The notes under the pieces were generated by a model. That model saw nothing but the letters and a program-made list of their open reading frames with translations. It was not told the DNA's origin and did not search any database. Made by a program: the position numbers and the translations under genes. Below, one piece after another: positions 49,601-61,299 of a stretch of DNA of 64,000 bases. This DNA comes from Raillietiella orientalis (lineage: Eukaryota): assembly GCA_036172245.1 (NCBI GenBank), contig JAYWIR010000003.1, forward strand, positions 3,720,001-3,784,000, in the 5' to 3' direction. Within the stretch, counting starts at the first letter, position 1; each line of letters opens with the position of its first letter.

Positions 49601-51974
49601 CCCTCCAGTGCTCGTCGCGACCCGCTTGTCCCGGAGCAGCGGGGTTTTCGGGAATGCACGTCTCGTAGGTCGGCTCAGCGGGCTTTCCGAGATCCCCGAC
49701 CGACATGCCGTGTTCCCGCAGCGGGAGCGGAGGGCGTGCGCTCCGCCCCGTCCTTCCCTCTGACGTCAACTGCGACGGATTCCCTCGCCTTCCCCCCTTC
49801 TGCACGGGACCACCTCCGGATGGGATGAAAGCGGCAGTGACGTCTGAACGCCCGTGGGAGGGACCCGTTCGTTTTGTTGAGGGAGACGCCGTGTCTTGGA
49901 GCAGAGTTCTCTGTCCCTCCTCCCCTCCTCCTCACCCGCAGGCGGGTTCTTTAGCGACAGAGCCAGAAACGCGCGCGGACCACCTCTCCGTCGACTACGG
50001 CGGCGCTCCTCGTTCCGCGAGATGCTGCGGATGAGTCGCGGATGGATGGGATGCTGCAGGGACCATTCGGAACGTCTTTCCCTCCTTGTTATCCTGGAGG
50101 CGCTATGCCTCACCAGCATCACAAGGTACCAGCAGCCTCTGATCCGCCTTCCCCGTGCTCCCAGGCTGCCCACCTACTGACGACACGGCTCGCCAGTCGC
50201 GCCCCTCTGAGTCGCCAGCGAGCAACCGGAGGAAAATCCGGCGAAGCTCATGTCCGGGGAGGGAGAGCTCCCTGCGTCCATCCAGGTGCTCCAGGGCGAA
50301 CCGGAGCGGACGTTCCCAGGAGGTGGATGGTTGGTAGGACAGGGCGACCGACGCCCACAGCGCCTGCGCGCGCTCTGCTGGGAGAGCGCAGTTTCTGGTG
50401 TGGTGGCGGCGGCGCAGCGGTTCCTCCCGGAGTAAGTTGGGGCAGAGGAGTTGCTGCGCGGAGTCGCCATCATCCGGAGCCGGGGCTCGTTCCTCTGGCG
50501 CTGGACCGCATCGAGTCGCGTAGGAGCAGACGCAGTGGGCAGGCCCGCGGCGGCTCCTCCGCCTTGCCAGGCACCCGCGCCTCCCTCCTGGTCGGGAGAG
50601 TCCCCTCCCCCTCACGCGTTCGTCACTTGTAAGATCCGGAGCAACACGCGATCCTGTGGGAAACCTCCGATCCCTTCGGTGCCCTCGGGCCTGTCGTCCC
50701 TTCCCCCATCCCGGAGCCGTCGACGGAAGGAGCCACGTAAGCCGCTGTCCGGAGCCCGAGCAGCGACGGCGAGGAAGCGTCCGTTCCCAGGGAGCGTTCC
50801 CGCGACCCTCCCATCGATCTCCCGCGGTTCCGTCCTCCCCAGCTTTGCCATCCCCGCAGGCCCTCGTCGGCTGCGTCCGTCACCTTCCCTTCAGTCCTCC
50901 CTCCAGTCGCTGGCGCCGCCTCCCGGGCGGACGGCCCCGACGGAGCGCTCTCGGGAAGACTCGCGAGAGAGGGTGGCGACAGCGGACGCCTCGGACGCGG
51001 CAAGGCGGGGCGGGGCAGCTAGGGCTCGTCACATCCGGGAGTGTCTTCCGGTCACCTCCTCCTGCCTCTCTCCTCCTCGCTCCCGTCGGCACGCCAAAAA
51101 GAGGTGGGGGAAACTCCTGTCGGCATCTTCCTACTCGCGGAAACGCGTTCGAGAATTCCCGGGAACGGGAGCGGCGGCCCGGATCTTCCTTCGGAACTTC
51201 CCTCTGCTTTGGCGTAGGAGTTCCCCGAGGAGAACCCACAGCCTGAGCATTGCGCTTCGAAAGGCACGATGAGACGGGCACGCGCCCTTCGATCCCTCCT
51301 AGAAGGACGCTCGCGCGGCGGTGGGTCAGTGGATGCGTGCCGGCACTTCAGAGGAAACAGAAAGGGATGAAAACGGAGGGGGAGGGGGGTGATTGCGGAC
51401 CCTGTTGACTCGCGCAGCCCTCTCCCGGTCGAGAATCGAACGACTCCACCGAGACGGTACGACCGTCCCGTGGGAGAGTCTCGCAACCCTCTGAAGGCTC
51501 TTCTTTTCCTCCCGCACCTGTCTCTTCCTGTGCACGGAAAGAAGGAGCAAAGTGAAGTCGGGAAGGAGGAGCTGCAGACGGGAGGAGGTGGAACGCAAGT
51601 GACCCCATCTGGCGGCGGTGGCGGCGGTGGTGTCTCCCAGTGAATCCCGAGTGCACCTTCCTCCCCACGGGATCCCATTTGTCGTCTCCCCTCCGCGGCG
51701 GCGGGCAGGCTCCCCTCCTCCCTGCTTCTCCTCACCCCTTGTGCCCCTCTGGAGTCTCGCGACCGGGTCGTCCTGTGAAGTGAGAGTGCGGTCCGCTCCA
51801 GAATCCAGAGCGAGGACTTCCTCGGGCCGAGCGGTCGACCTTCCGGGAGCACTCCCAAAGCTCTCCCGACCTCACTCCCGGTAAAGGAAAGAAAGCGAAA
51901 CGGATTGTGGGCATGGGCGCGCGTTTTTTTTTTTTTTTGCTTCTTTGGTGCGAGTGGCACCGGGGATGCTCAGT

Positions 51975-52770
51975 AACTCCCCTCGCGTCTTCTTCCTGAC
52001 ACGACTACCCTCGCCCTGTAGACTTGGATGTTGTCCCTGAGGTAGCACAGCTCGCCCTACCTGGGCGAGCTGTGCGAACCACGGCCGGGCACGTACATCA
52101 CGCACCCAGGCAGGGGTCCCAGTATCTTCCTGCTGATGCTGATCCCGATCCTGCGCACGAGGAGGCTCTCCAGCGTCTCCATGGTTTCCCCTCGTTGACC
52201 ATGGCGGCACCTACCGTTGCCTGGACCGGGTGGTGGGTATGCCGACCCTGAGAGTCTTCAACGCCACGGCAGGACAGTCTAAGCGCACCTTGGGCTCCGC
52301 CTCGCACGAGCGGAAGACGTACGGGTGTGCTCGGAGACGGTCACGTTGGCATCGCCCTTCTTCTGAGCCTGTGGGAGGTGATCAGGTTGGTCAGCTGGAA
52401 ACTTCAGTTTACTCCGGTACACCTGGGTGGCGTCGACGCGCAGCTCCTCCCCTCTCGACTCTCAAGACCCGCATCCTGTTGAGCTTCTCGTCGGTGAAGA
52501 AGAACTCACCCATCTCGAGGTCCCTGGTCTTCCGAATGTGTCCAACCCTCCGTGTTCGGCATGCACATCTCGGTCTTCGGGTTGAGCATCTCCTCCCTCT
52601 TCATCATCTTCTTGAATGGGCAGGAACTGAGCCACTGTCATCCCTAGGGACTTCGACAGTTCGCAGGGACCCCTGGTCTTCTCCTCCTTGACCTTCATCT
52701 TCTTGCCTGGCGGGTCGTTCCCGCCGAAGCCGCCCTCTTCCATCAACGATATCCCCACCTCGGCCAAGGA
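51975..52770 (-). pseudogene. Frameshifted coding relic, possibly a MULE/Mutator-type transposase
   Basis: Coding-like codon bias. Stitched frames give EFFFTDEKLNRMRV..EELRVDATQVYRSKLKFQLTNLITSH...AAMVNEGETM...GELCYLRDNI, loosely like the MULE DxT..xQL, second Asp and CxxH motifs. Confidence 0.38.
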
Positions 52771-55009
52771 AGCGCGTTTTAAGGCTTCGTGACGTCATTT
52801 TCGCCTCCGCGACGAACGAGATGGATGGCTGCCGGTTGGCTGCTGTCGTCCGGGAAACGGTCCATCGGTTAAGGAGCGCGCTCGACCAGTGGACGAAACG
52901 ATCCCGGCTAATGGGGAGCGCAGTGCCCTACCGGACACCCGCACCGTCCGTTGCTTGACGTTTCGCAAAGACTTTGGTTACGCAGTCGTCACCTTTCAGC
53001 CGTACGTGACGTTTCGACGCGCACGCCGACGCGCGGGCCGCACTTTGCAGCGTAGGCGGGCCCAGGCTGGATCGACAGGGAAGCGGCGGAACATCCTGGC
53101 AAAACGAGCTGCGGAGCTCTGCTCGCCGCCGTCCGCTCGCGCGCGCGAAACCACTGGAAAACACAGGAGCTTCCCTCCTTCCTGCCCTCCCCCTTTCTTC
53201 CTCCCTTTTTTTCTTCCTCCGCTTCTCTTTCCTCCGGGGGCGCAGAGGGCGCACGTACGCACCAGCCGCCGGCCCACGCCGTGCGGACTCGCAGCGAAGC
53301 GAAGGGAGGCTCAGTCTTCCTGGAGACAGCTCGTTCTCGAGTTCCCGTGGCGGCTGGAGTCAGACCCTTCTTGCACCCCTCGAGGAGACAGCAGGAGGCA
53401 GAAACGCCCCCCGGAGACGGCGGCGGACGGAGACGACCTCACCCGAGCGAGCACCACGCGCTCGCGGAGGGAGAAGCCAGGACGGAGCCGTTCTTCCCGG
53501 TCGCGCCCTCTCGAGCCAGCGACCGGAGGAGCTCCCGCGGCAACCCTTTGCACCTTGTCTGGAGGCTCCCATGCCTGCTGCTGCCTGTGGCGAGGCGCAG
53601 GTGGCTCCGGACCGATCCGGGAATGCTCCATCGATCGATTCCTTCTCCAGAGATCGCTCCGTCCGAAAGTCGCCGCTGCCGCCGCGGAGGATTCGCCGCT
53701 CGCCCCAGCGCCCAGCTCCCGCCTCCAAGGAGCTCGGGCTCTTCGTCCCTTTCTTGTTCCCGTGTGACCGAGAGACCCGGGAGGCAAGGGACCCAAGCAG
53801 CCCCTCCTTGTACACGCTTTGGCTGTACGCACACGAACGAGCCCCCGTCTTTCACCGCAGCGGCCGAACCGCACTGGAGGGCCGCCCCTTGGCGCTGTCT
53901 CTAGAATTGCCTGCGGGAGAGCTCGCTGCCAGCGCCTCTCCTGCCTCTTCCCGCACGCCGCGGCCGGATCGCGTCTCGTTCGGGGAACCGCAGAACGAGC
54001 TTTCCCTTTCCGGGGAAGGAGCGCGCGCCCGCTTCGATCGCCGGCGTCGGGGACGAGGGGAATGAAATGGATCGGATGGGATCACCAGGGAGCGCCGCTC
54101 AGGGCCTCGGGAATCCCGGCATCCTCCACTGCCACTCGAGGGAAAAGAGACTCCGGTGAGGTGAACCGCTGCGTCGCTGGATCCGAGATGACTTTTCTCT
54201 CCGGGCACCTCCCATAGCTCGGGACCTTCCCCTGCGCGGCGATCGGGCTCGTCGTCGCTCGCGCGGCTTGAAGGGCAAGAGAGCAGACAGAGAAGGCAGG
54301 ATGGTGGCGGCGGCAGCAGTACCCTTCGGTGGCCACCCGCAGCGTGCTGACCGTGCAATGCCGGAAGAGAGAACGCCGGGGCGACTCTGAGCGAGGAAAG
54401 CGGCGCGCTGCTTTCATTGGCTTTGAGGGTTATCCTGTGAGACTTGGTCACCGCGCTCCTCCTTGTTTTGGCTCCGTCTTCCGCGCTCGGTGTCCTGGGT
54501 CCTCCGGGGACTGGGTCCTGGATCTTTGCGGCCCGTCCCGCTTTCGTCTTGCAGAGTCCGAGAAGTGGGCCCTCCCACACTCCACGAACTCTCTCTTCCG
54601 CTTCCACCTCCTTCTCTTCCTCCTCCTCCTGCTCCTATGCTTCCTCTATTTCTCTTCCTCCTCTCTGTTTTTAACAGATGTCCGGAAGGTGAACGATCTG
54701 TGGTCATCCCCATTCCTTCCCATTCCCAAACCCGCCGAAGAGCCTTTTAAACACTCCCAACGAGGGGGGAGCTCCCTAGCACGGAGGTCAGCACCCCTGC
54801 TGCGAGGCTCAACTTCCTGCAGAGCGTCTTTTCAGAGCCCATCCCTCCACGCGAGGCTCTAGGTGGCGAGGGCCCGCCGCCTCCTGGATCGCATCCTCGC
54901 CCGACAGTACCGTCAAGTGCGCTTGACTGAGCCTCCCTCTCCTTCCCCTGTCGTAGCACGTGCGCCCTTCCTGGGAGTTCCACCCATCCGTCGGATCCTG
55001 GTGAGCAGA

Positions 55010-55185
55010 CTTCTCAGCTTGCTCCTTCCATCCTCGTTCCTTCCTCCTCCTCTTCTTCATCCTCTCATTTTGCTCCTCTTCTTTCTCCTCACCATCCTCC
55101 TTTTCTACCTCCTCGTCTTCCTCCTCTTTCCTTCTTCCACTCTTCCTCCTCTTCCATTTCTTTTCCTCCACTCCTCCCTGTTTGC
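55010..55185. repeat. Pyrimidine-rich (CT) low-complexity tract
   Basis: cct/ctt iterations ending in ctgtttgccgcag. Confidence 0.85.
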
Positions 55186-57152
55186 CGCAGATGACCGCAG
55201 GGTGAGCCATTCCAGTCATCCTCGCCTACACCCATGCTCCCGGATGCAGACCATCCGATACACCCGTGCAGGGGCGCCCTGCCCTCTCCTCCCTTTCCCC
55301 TTCTCGCAGCCGAACGCACGCACGCGCGCACGTTTCTCCGCCAGAGGTGATCACCTGCGGGTCTTTCAGCCGGCCGCTCGCGCGCGCCGCTATTTCGAGT
55401 TCACTCCTGCCGGACCGAGGGACGCAGGGGCGCGCGTGCTGCCCCGCCTTCGGTCGCCGGCCCCGAGCTCTGCGCACGCCGCTTCCAGCCTCCGGTTGGC
55501 CGCAACTCCTGCTCCTCTCTGGGGGTTTCCGGGACGAGCTCCTCTGCTTCCGATTGTCCCCTGCTAGGCGCAGATGCCATGCAGACGCGGACTGGAGGTT
55601 CCGCCCTCCCCACCCCTCCGGTCTGTCCGCCGCTTCGGGCCCTCTGCCAAGCGCTGGTTCCCTCGGTGCCGCTGTCCGGAGGCTCGGCGCGAAGGGGTGG
55701 TCTGAGGGGAAGGACGTCCCCGTTGCAACCTCTCGGGATTTTTTCGCGTTTCAGCATCCCTCCGGGACGGCAACGACGACGCTCCCCAGGGACCGCTCGA
55801 CTCGCTTCCCCGCCGTCTTCCTTCGGGAATGCTCCTTGCGTTCGGGCGAGGAGGAGGAGCTGGTGTCGCTTGAAGCCTGCGGATTCCTGGGCAGTTCGTG
55901 GAAGAGCGAGCCAACGGACGCGATTTGTTTCCCCGTGAGTCCTGGAAATCTCTCGTCCCGCCGCGGCGACAACTTCGCCGTCTGCGTCTGCAAGGGCCCT
56001 CGAGGGGGCTCTCCTGAACTGCTCCCGATGAGCGTCGAGCGTATCCTCCCTGTGGATAGGGACGAACCAGGGGATGGGTTGCCGGCAGAGCATCCATTCC
56101 GCGGCGCCGCCACTCTCGCTGACGTGCTCTCCCAGGGAAGCTCTCAGCTTCGGGATGGGTCCGCACGGAAACCGCACTGCCGCGGAGGCAAAGCACCAAG
56201 GCGAGCGCTGCCGCTGCGCTCCCGACGGCTCCGATCCTTGTCGACCGAGGACATTACACCCCCCGGAACTACTGTGTAGCAACTGCTGCGTCCAGAATCG
56301 CGCGAGAGTTTCCGCTTCGCTCAGCAGAAAGGTGGGTGGGGGGGCGGCCACGGGCTTCCTGATCCTAACAGACACGGCAGGAAGCCTCAGGGAAATGCAA
56401 TGCCAGTGGTAGAACTACGTCAGCGCCAGAGGGCGCGACGACCTCTTCGTCCCGGATCCCCTCCCAGATGACGTGGCAACTCGCAACGTAGCTATTCGGA
56501 CAAACCATGGGGAGGAGAGATTGAGGAGAAGGGAAAAAGGTCGTCTTCACGGAGCGTGCGACCCTCCTGCCGGCAGCTCGCCGGCACTTTGCCTGCGCGC
56601 AACTGCACGACCTCCTCTGGAAGGCGACACCCAAGAAGCGAGCAGGGCGGAGGGCAGGAGTAATGGTCGGTTCCAGAAGGGCATCCTCGTTCCCCGGCCC
56701 GACGAGACCGCGCGGGACTCCTCCACGGGAGCTCTGCTGCCCGAGGCACGCCCCCGAGGAGCGATATGTGCGGCAGGTGATCGCCACGGTCACCTTGCCG
56801 CATCGAAGGCGCCTCCTCGGGTACCCGCGGCCTCCCCTCCAGTCATCTCGCCTTCCATTCGGGACGCGACCCTCCCGGACGCTCTCCTGGTACCCTCCGT
56901 TCTTCCCTGTTTCTTTCCAGGACGGAAGCAATGGCTGGCCGGTGCTACATGACGGCGTGTTTCCCAGCTGGTGACCGCGTCCCCGAGAGCTCCTGGGTGT
57001 GTCCTTCGGCGCCGGAGACGCGCTTCTCCTAGGGGACCGGCTGCGGTGCAGCGCCACCGAGCAGTGTTTCTCCTCCGCATTTAGAAGGACTCCTCGGCGG
57101 AAGGAGGATATTTCTCTGGGAAGCCAGGGGGCAGCTGAACGACTCCCTGGTC

Positions 57153-58274
57153 ATGGAGGCGAAGGAGTCGAACGACCTCGTGCTGGAGGGCGCGTTCTGC
57201 GGCAGGAGCCTCTGGCACTTCCAGCAGGTCTTCAGATCCTTCTACGGATACCTCAGCCTGTGCGTGTGCTTCTTCGGGGTCGTCAGCAACGTCATCAACG
57301 TGGTGGTGCTGACCCGCCGCGAGATGCGGTCGTCGACCAACACGATCCTCACGGGACTGGCAGTGGCCGACCTGATGGTCATGCTGGAGTACGTCCCCTT
57401 CAGCCTCCACAGTTACGTCCTTCACTTTCGCACGCAGTCCGCCAAGTACACGTACCGTTGGGCGGCGTTCGTCCTCTTCCACGCCCACTTCACCCAGCTC
57501 TTCCACACCATCTCCATCTGGCTGACGGTGACGCTGGCCGTGTGGCGTTGCGTCTACGTCCGCTTCCCCCGCAGCGTCGCCCGGCTGTGCAGCAGCTCCC
57601 GCGCCGCCATGACCGTCGCCAGCGCCTACCTGCTCCCGCCCATCCTGTGCCTCCCTGTGTTCCTGTCCCTCCGCATCGAGGAGCTGAAGAACAGCCGCGG
57701 CGAGACTCTGTACCTGGTGCGCGGCGTGGGCGAGAGCGACTCCATGCGGATGGCCCTCTTCTGGACCTACGGCGTTGCCGTCAAGCTCGTTCCTTGCGCC
57801 CTGCTGACCGGCCTCATGGGCTACCTGATTGTCACGATCTGCGCCGCCCACCGCAAGCGCAAGTCCCTCATGTCCTTCCGCAAGTCCCGTCCCATCCCGT
57901 CCGCCGCCGCCAAAGGAGCGGGCGGATCTCTGTCCTCGGACGGCCATCGGGACAGGACCACCACCATGCTCGTCGGCATCCTCATGCTCTTCCTGATGAG
58001 CGAGCTGCCCCAGGGCATCCTGTCCCTTCTCAGTGCCTTGCTGAAGGATGACTTCTACGAGGAGTGTGTCAATCCACTGGATGAGGTCATCGACCTTCTC
58101 GCTCTGATCAATAGTGCCACTAACTTCGTGCTCTACTGTTACATGAGCCGGCAGTTCCGTGAGGCGCTAAGGATGCCTCTGCCCCTCTACAGTTCTCGCC
58201 CATGCTCTTGGAACCCTCTGCCTACGTCCAGCAAGGAGCAGGCCTCGAATTTCTGCGTGACCACAACCGTGTGA
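57153..58274 (+). CDS. MsR: Myosuppressin receptor-like (DmsR/dmsr family) class A GPCR, 7TM region in a single exon
   Basis: 373-aa ORF with strong C/G third-position bias. Motifs GYLSLCVCFFG..N..VLTRREMRSSTNTILTGLAVADL, FVLFHAHFTQLFHTISIWLTVTLAVWR, FWTYGVAVKLVPC, DRTTTML..ELPQGIL and DLLALINSATNFVLYCYMSRQFR match myosuppressin receptors. A likely acceptor (catttag) lies at 57084. Confidence 0.92.
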   Translation: MEAKESNDLVLEGAFCGRSLWHFQQVFRSFYGYLSLCVCFFGVVSNVINVVVLTRREMRSSTNTILTGLAVADLMVMLEYVPFSLHSYVLHFRTQSAKYTYRWAAFVLFHAHFTQLFHTISIWLTVTLAVWRCVYVRFPRSVARLCSSSRAAMTVASAYLLPPILCLPVFLSLRIEELKNSRGETLYLVRGVGESDSMRMALFWTYGVAVKLVPCALLTGLMGYLIVTICAAHRKRKSLMSFRKSRPIPSAAAKGAGGSLSSDGHRDRTTTMLVGILMLFLMSELPQGILSLLSALLKDDFYEECVNPLDEVIDLLALINSATNFVLYCYMSRQFREALRMPLPLYSSRPCSWNPLPTSSKEQASNFCVTTTV

Positions 58275-58457
58275 AGGCCAAGGATCTGCCGCGTCGTCGC
58301 CTCCCTCCCTTCTCCCAGAGCAGAAAGCGAGCGGATGGACAGCGCGGGAAGGGCAGGTCGACGGCTCCTTCCGTGTTCCATTCTGAGCTGCGGGTGCTCC
58401 CTTCACTTGTTCCTTCCTCCCTTAATTCTCTCTGGTCGCCCTTCCCCCTCTCCGGCG

Positions 58458-58463
58458 AATAAA
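58458..58463 (+). promoter_or_regulatory. Candidate polyadenylation signal of the MsR-like gene
   Basis: AATAAA about 185 nt after the stop codon, in otherwise GC-rich sequence. Confidence 0.5.
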
Positions 58464-59299
58464 AGAGGTGGCTCTGGGAACCTCGCGTCTCCCTGACTCG
58501 CTACGTCACGCGTCCGTCGCGGAAGGCGCTCCCGAAGAGCATACCGACGATCCCTGCGCAGCACGTTATCCGGGGTGCCCCTGATGCACGGTCTCAATGC
58601 ACCGCTGCTGCAGATGTTGCCTCGTCCTCTGAAGGGCGGAAGTGGCGCTCACGTCGGAGACGTCCACCGGGAGCAGAGGGTGGCTGCGTGGAACTCTTTC
58701 GGTTGGCGGGGGGAGCCTTCGTGCGCCCGGGATTCCCCTGGTCCTGTGTACCGGGTGCATCCAAAGAAGAACGCTGCAGAGAGGGGCGAGGGTCGCCTGC
58801 TGCCCTCCCTGGTTTCTCCCCCCCCCCACATTCTGCCGCGTCCCTGCTCCTCCTCCCTTCCTCCGCTGATCGACACCCGGAGCGCTTCAGCTCAACTGAA
58901 TGGCCGGAATCAGCGCGTTCCCCCTCGGCCGGGAGAATCGGAACCCTGACGGAAGAGGGAGCTGGAAGCGGAGATGAAAAGTGCGCGCGAGGGAGGGAGC
59001 CCTGCCTCTCCTTCCCGGAGCGACGCGGAAATCGGTCTCCAATAGTTACGGAAGTTGCGCGCTGGCGTCATCGTCTGATTCCTTCGGCTGATTGCGCCAT
59101 TCTCGGCCGGCAACCCCGGTCGGGGAGCAGAGCCGCCCGTCAGAGGAAGATGGTGCTCCTCATCAGCGGGTATTGCAGCACTTGAGAGCAGGAGGAATGA
59201 GATAATTAACGAGGGGTCCCGGAGCTGCGACTCCGGAAACGGGAAAACCGAACCCGGTTATTTCCAAAGGTCAGCATTCGGATCTTCTGGTACCCTGGA

Positions 59300-61280
59300 G
59301 GATGGAACAGCTCGTATGGTACAAGTACCGCAGGTCTCAGGATGGACTCTGCATCTTCGCAAAGACTTCATCCTCAGAATCCTGACGCTCCTTTCCCCAT
59401 GTTTTAGGTGCAGGCGCTTCCTTAGGGGTGCTCCGGGAGCTTGGGGTGCATCGGAGGGAACCATTGCTCTCTTCGGAGCAGAGGGTCGCAAGCGAACGGG
59501 ATACTCCTCTTCGGCTTCATTTCGGAGCCGTGGGTTCCACGGGATTTTTGCTTGCGCCTCCGTCTTGCATGCGTGCTCTCTGCATGACCTGGCCGTTCGA
59601 ATCGGGGCAACTGGATCCCGAGGGACGCTTCCTTCAGGTATCCCGAAGACTTGTAAAGCTCGCAAAGCTCGAGTCCTCACATGCCTCTTGCCGACCATTA
59701 TCGCCGCCGGGTGTGTGGCTCGAGTGGAACGGCTGACCTGCCAGTTACCGTCGCTGCCCGACCGCGGGGTGACCCGGTCGAAGCTAGAGTTTGGCATGGT
59801 GGTCACCTACCCGACTTCGAGGAGATCCAGGTAGTTTCTTGCGTCCGTTGCGATCGTCCTGTCCCGGGAATTCTCTCACTTCCTCCTGGACCGGTACTGC
59901 TGGAGTGCGCGGTGCCTTTCCGCGAGGAGGACTCGGTGGAGCACCGTTTCCAGGGACGGATCGTCCGGCTCCAAGGTGGGGTGTGCCAACCGGTGGAGCA
60001 CTGCAGTGTGAGGAGGCAAAAAGAAGCACTCGAGCCTTTCCCATGAACCGAATCCGAAGGTCGGGGGAAGGAGGTTTGTCGGCCTCGTTCAGCAGGTTTG
60101 GAATGAGGTTGTTGCCAGGAGGAGGGAGCATGACCAACTGCTCGATCAAGTTACTATCGCCAATCTCGCGAATACCATTACAGATCCTTCCTGGACTCAG
60201 GCGTAGAGCGACTGACCGAGATCGAGGCCAACTGCCTAAGAATCAAGATGACGAGAGTGACTTCCAAGAAGACCTGTGCTGTTTCCAGACAATGGATGCC
60301 ACGTTGCAATCTCAGCTGTCGCCAGACGACCATCGGTTCGAACCGTCACACTGGCGACAACGACCTGGCGCTGGACCTCGCGAATGCTGTGACGCCTTGA
60401 CACTGTGAGCCACTAGGTGCCCATCAGGATTTGGCAAACGAATCACGGGATCGACGCCTAGAAATTGGGTATGAGTCGTGTGTTCGAGTTCTCTCCGTAA
60501 GATGACGCTGTTTGGCCTAGTCGGGTGTGGGGCTGGTGGAAGCCGAAAACCCCTGGCTGCCCCCGTTGGCTGGCCGGGATTTGGAAGTCGAAACTCCTGG
60601 GTCCATTCAAGAATCAAGCAGCCCTCCAAGGTTCTCTCCCTGTTGTGAAAATGGAACCGTTCAGTCACCCTCGGAGGGGGATCCTCCATCAGTGCCAATG
60701 GAGCCATTACCATGGAGCTGGTTGATGTCCTCTCGGGAGATTGCCTCTTCAGAGTGTAAGGAGCGCACTGCTCCCTTCCAGGAGCGCCCTTCAGGGAAAT
60801 TTGGAAGCGTCCCCTCGAGGTTCTCTTCAGAGAAGGAAAGTCAAGGAGCGTATCCTTTCCCAGGGATGCTTCCGGAGAAGAAATTCCAGGAGTGGATTCC
60901 TTCCGAATTTCCTCCAGAGAGGAAAGCGAGAATGACTCTCTTCGCGGCTTCCTCCGAAGAGAATAAGGAAGAGGTGGTTCCCTCCGGGGTTTCTTACCAA
61001 GCGTAAGAGGAAAGGACTCCTTCATCCGGAACCTTCCTGGATTCATAGGGTGGTCCCTTCCCGCGGTACCCCTTATAACTTGAAGAGTCACACACACCTT
61101 CAGGTGGACAGTATCAAAGAGCTTCGCGGATCCCTACTAAGAGGCCAAGAGTTCTTCAGCACTTTGCAAACCAAGAAAAAAGAAAGAAAAAAACAGAAAA
61201 CCTGGAAAAAAAAAAGTGCAAGGAAAAGAGTGAAAACAGAAGAACCCGAAAGAGTTTCCGTCATTTTAGGCTACCTTAGG
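59300..61280 (-). mobile_element. L1/Tx1-like LINE 5' UTR + ORF1, degenerate
   Basis: MNPGR ATG at 61046(-), RPNSVILRRELE motif, and a degenerate double zinc knuckle CELYKSSGYLKEASLGIQLPRFERPGHAES near 59580-59670. Confidence 0.7.
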
Positions 61281-61299
61281 TTTTTGAGGAAAGCCCTGT

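Noticed and set aside
48428..50520. aagATGgcagcc start with donor at 48494 and downstream coding-like segments
   Set aside because: No recognisable protein and phases do not give a convincing model. It could be a decayed gene but is unsupported.
53000..56900. Many 200-340 aa ORFs on both strands
   Set aside because: Expected from very high GC; Arg/Pro/Ser-rich with no domains.
56999..58051. 350-aa + strand ORF and 288-aa antisense ORF (57081-57947) overlapping MsR
   Set aside because: Shadow frames caused by high GC3 of the real gene; low-complexity Arg/Pro/Ala products.
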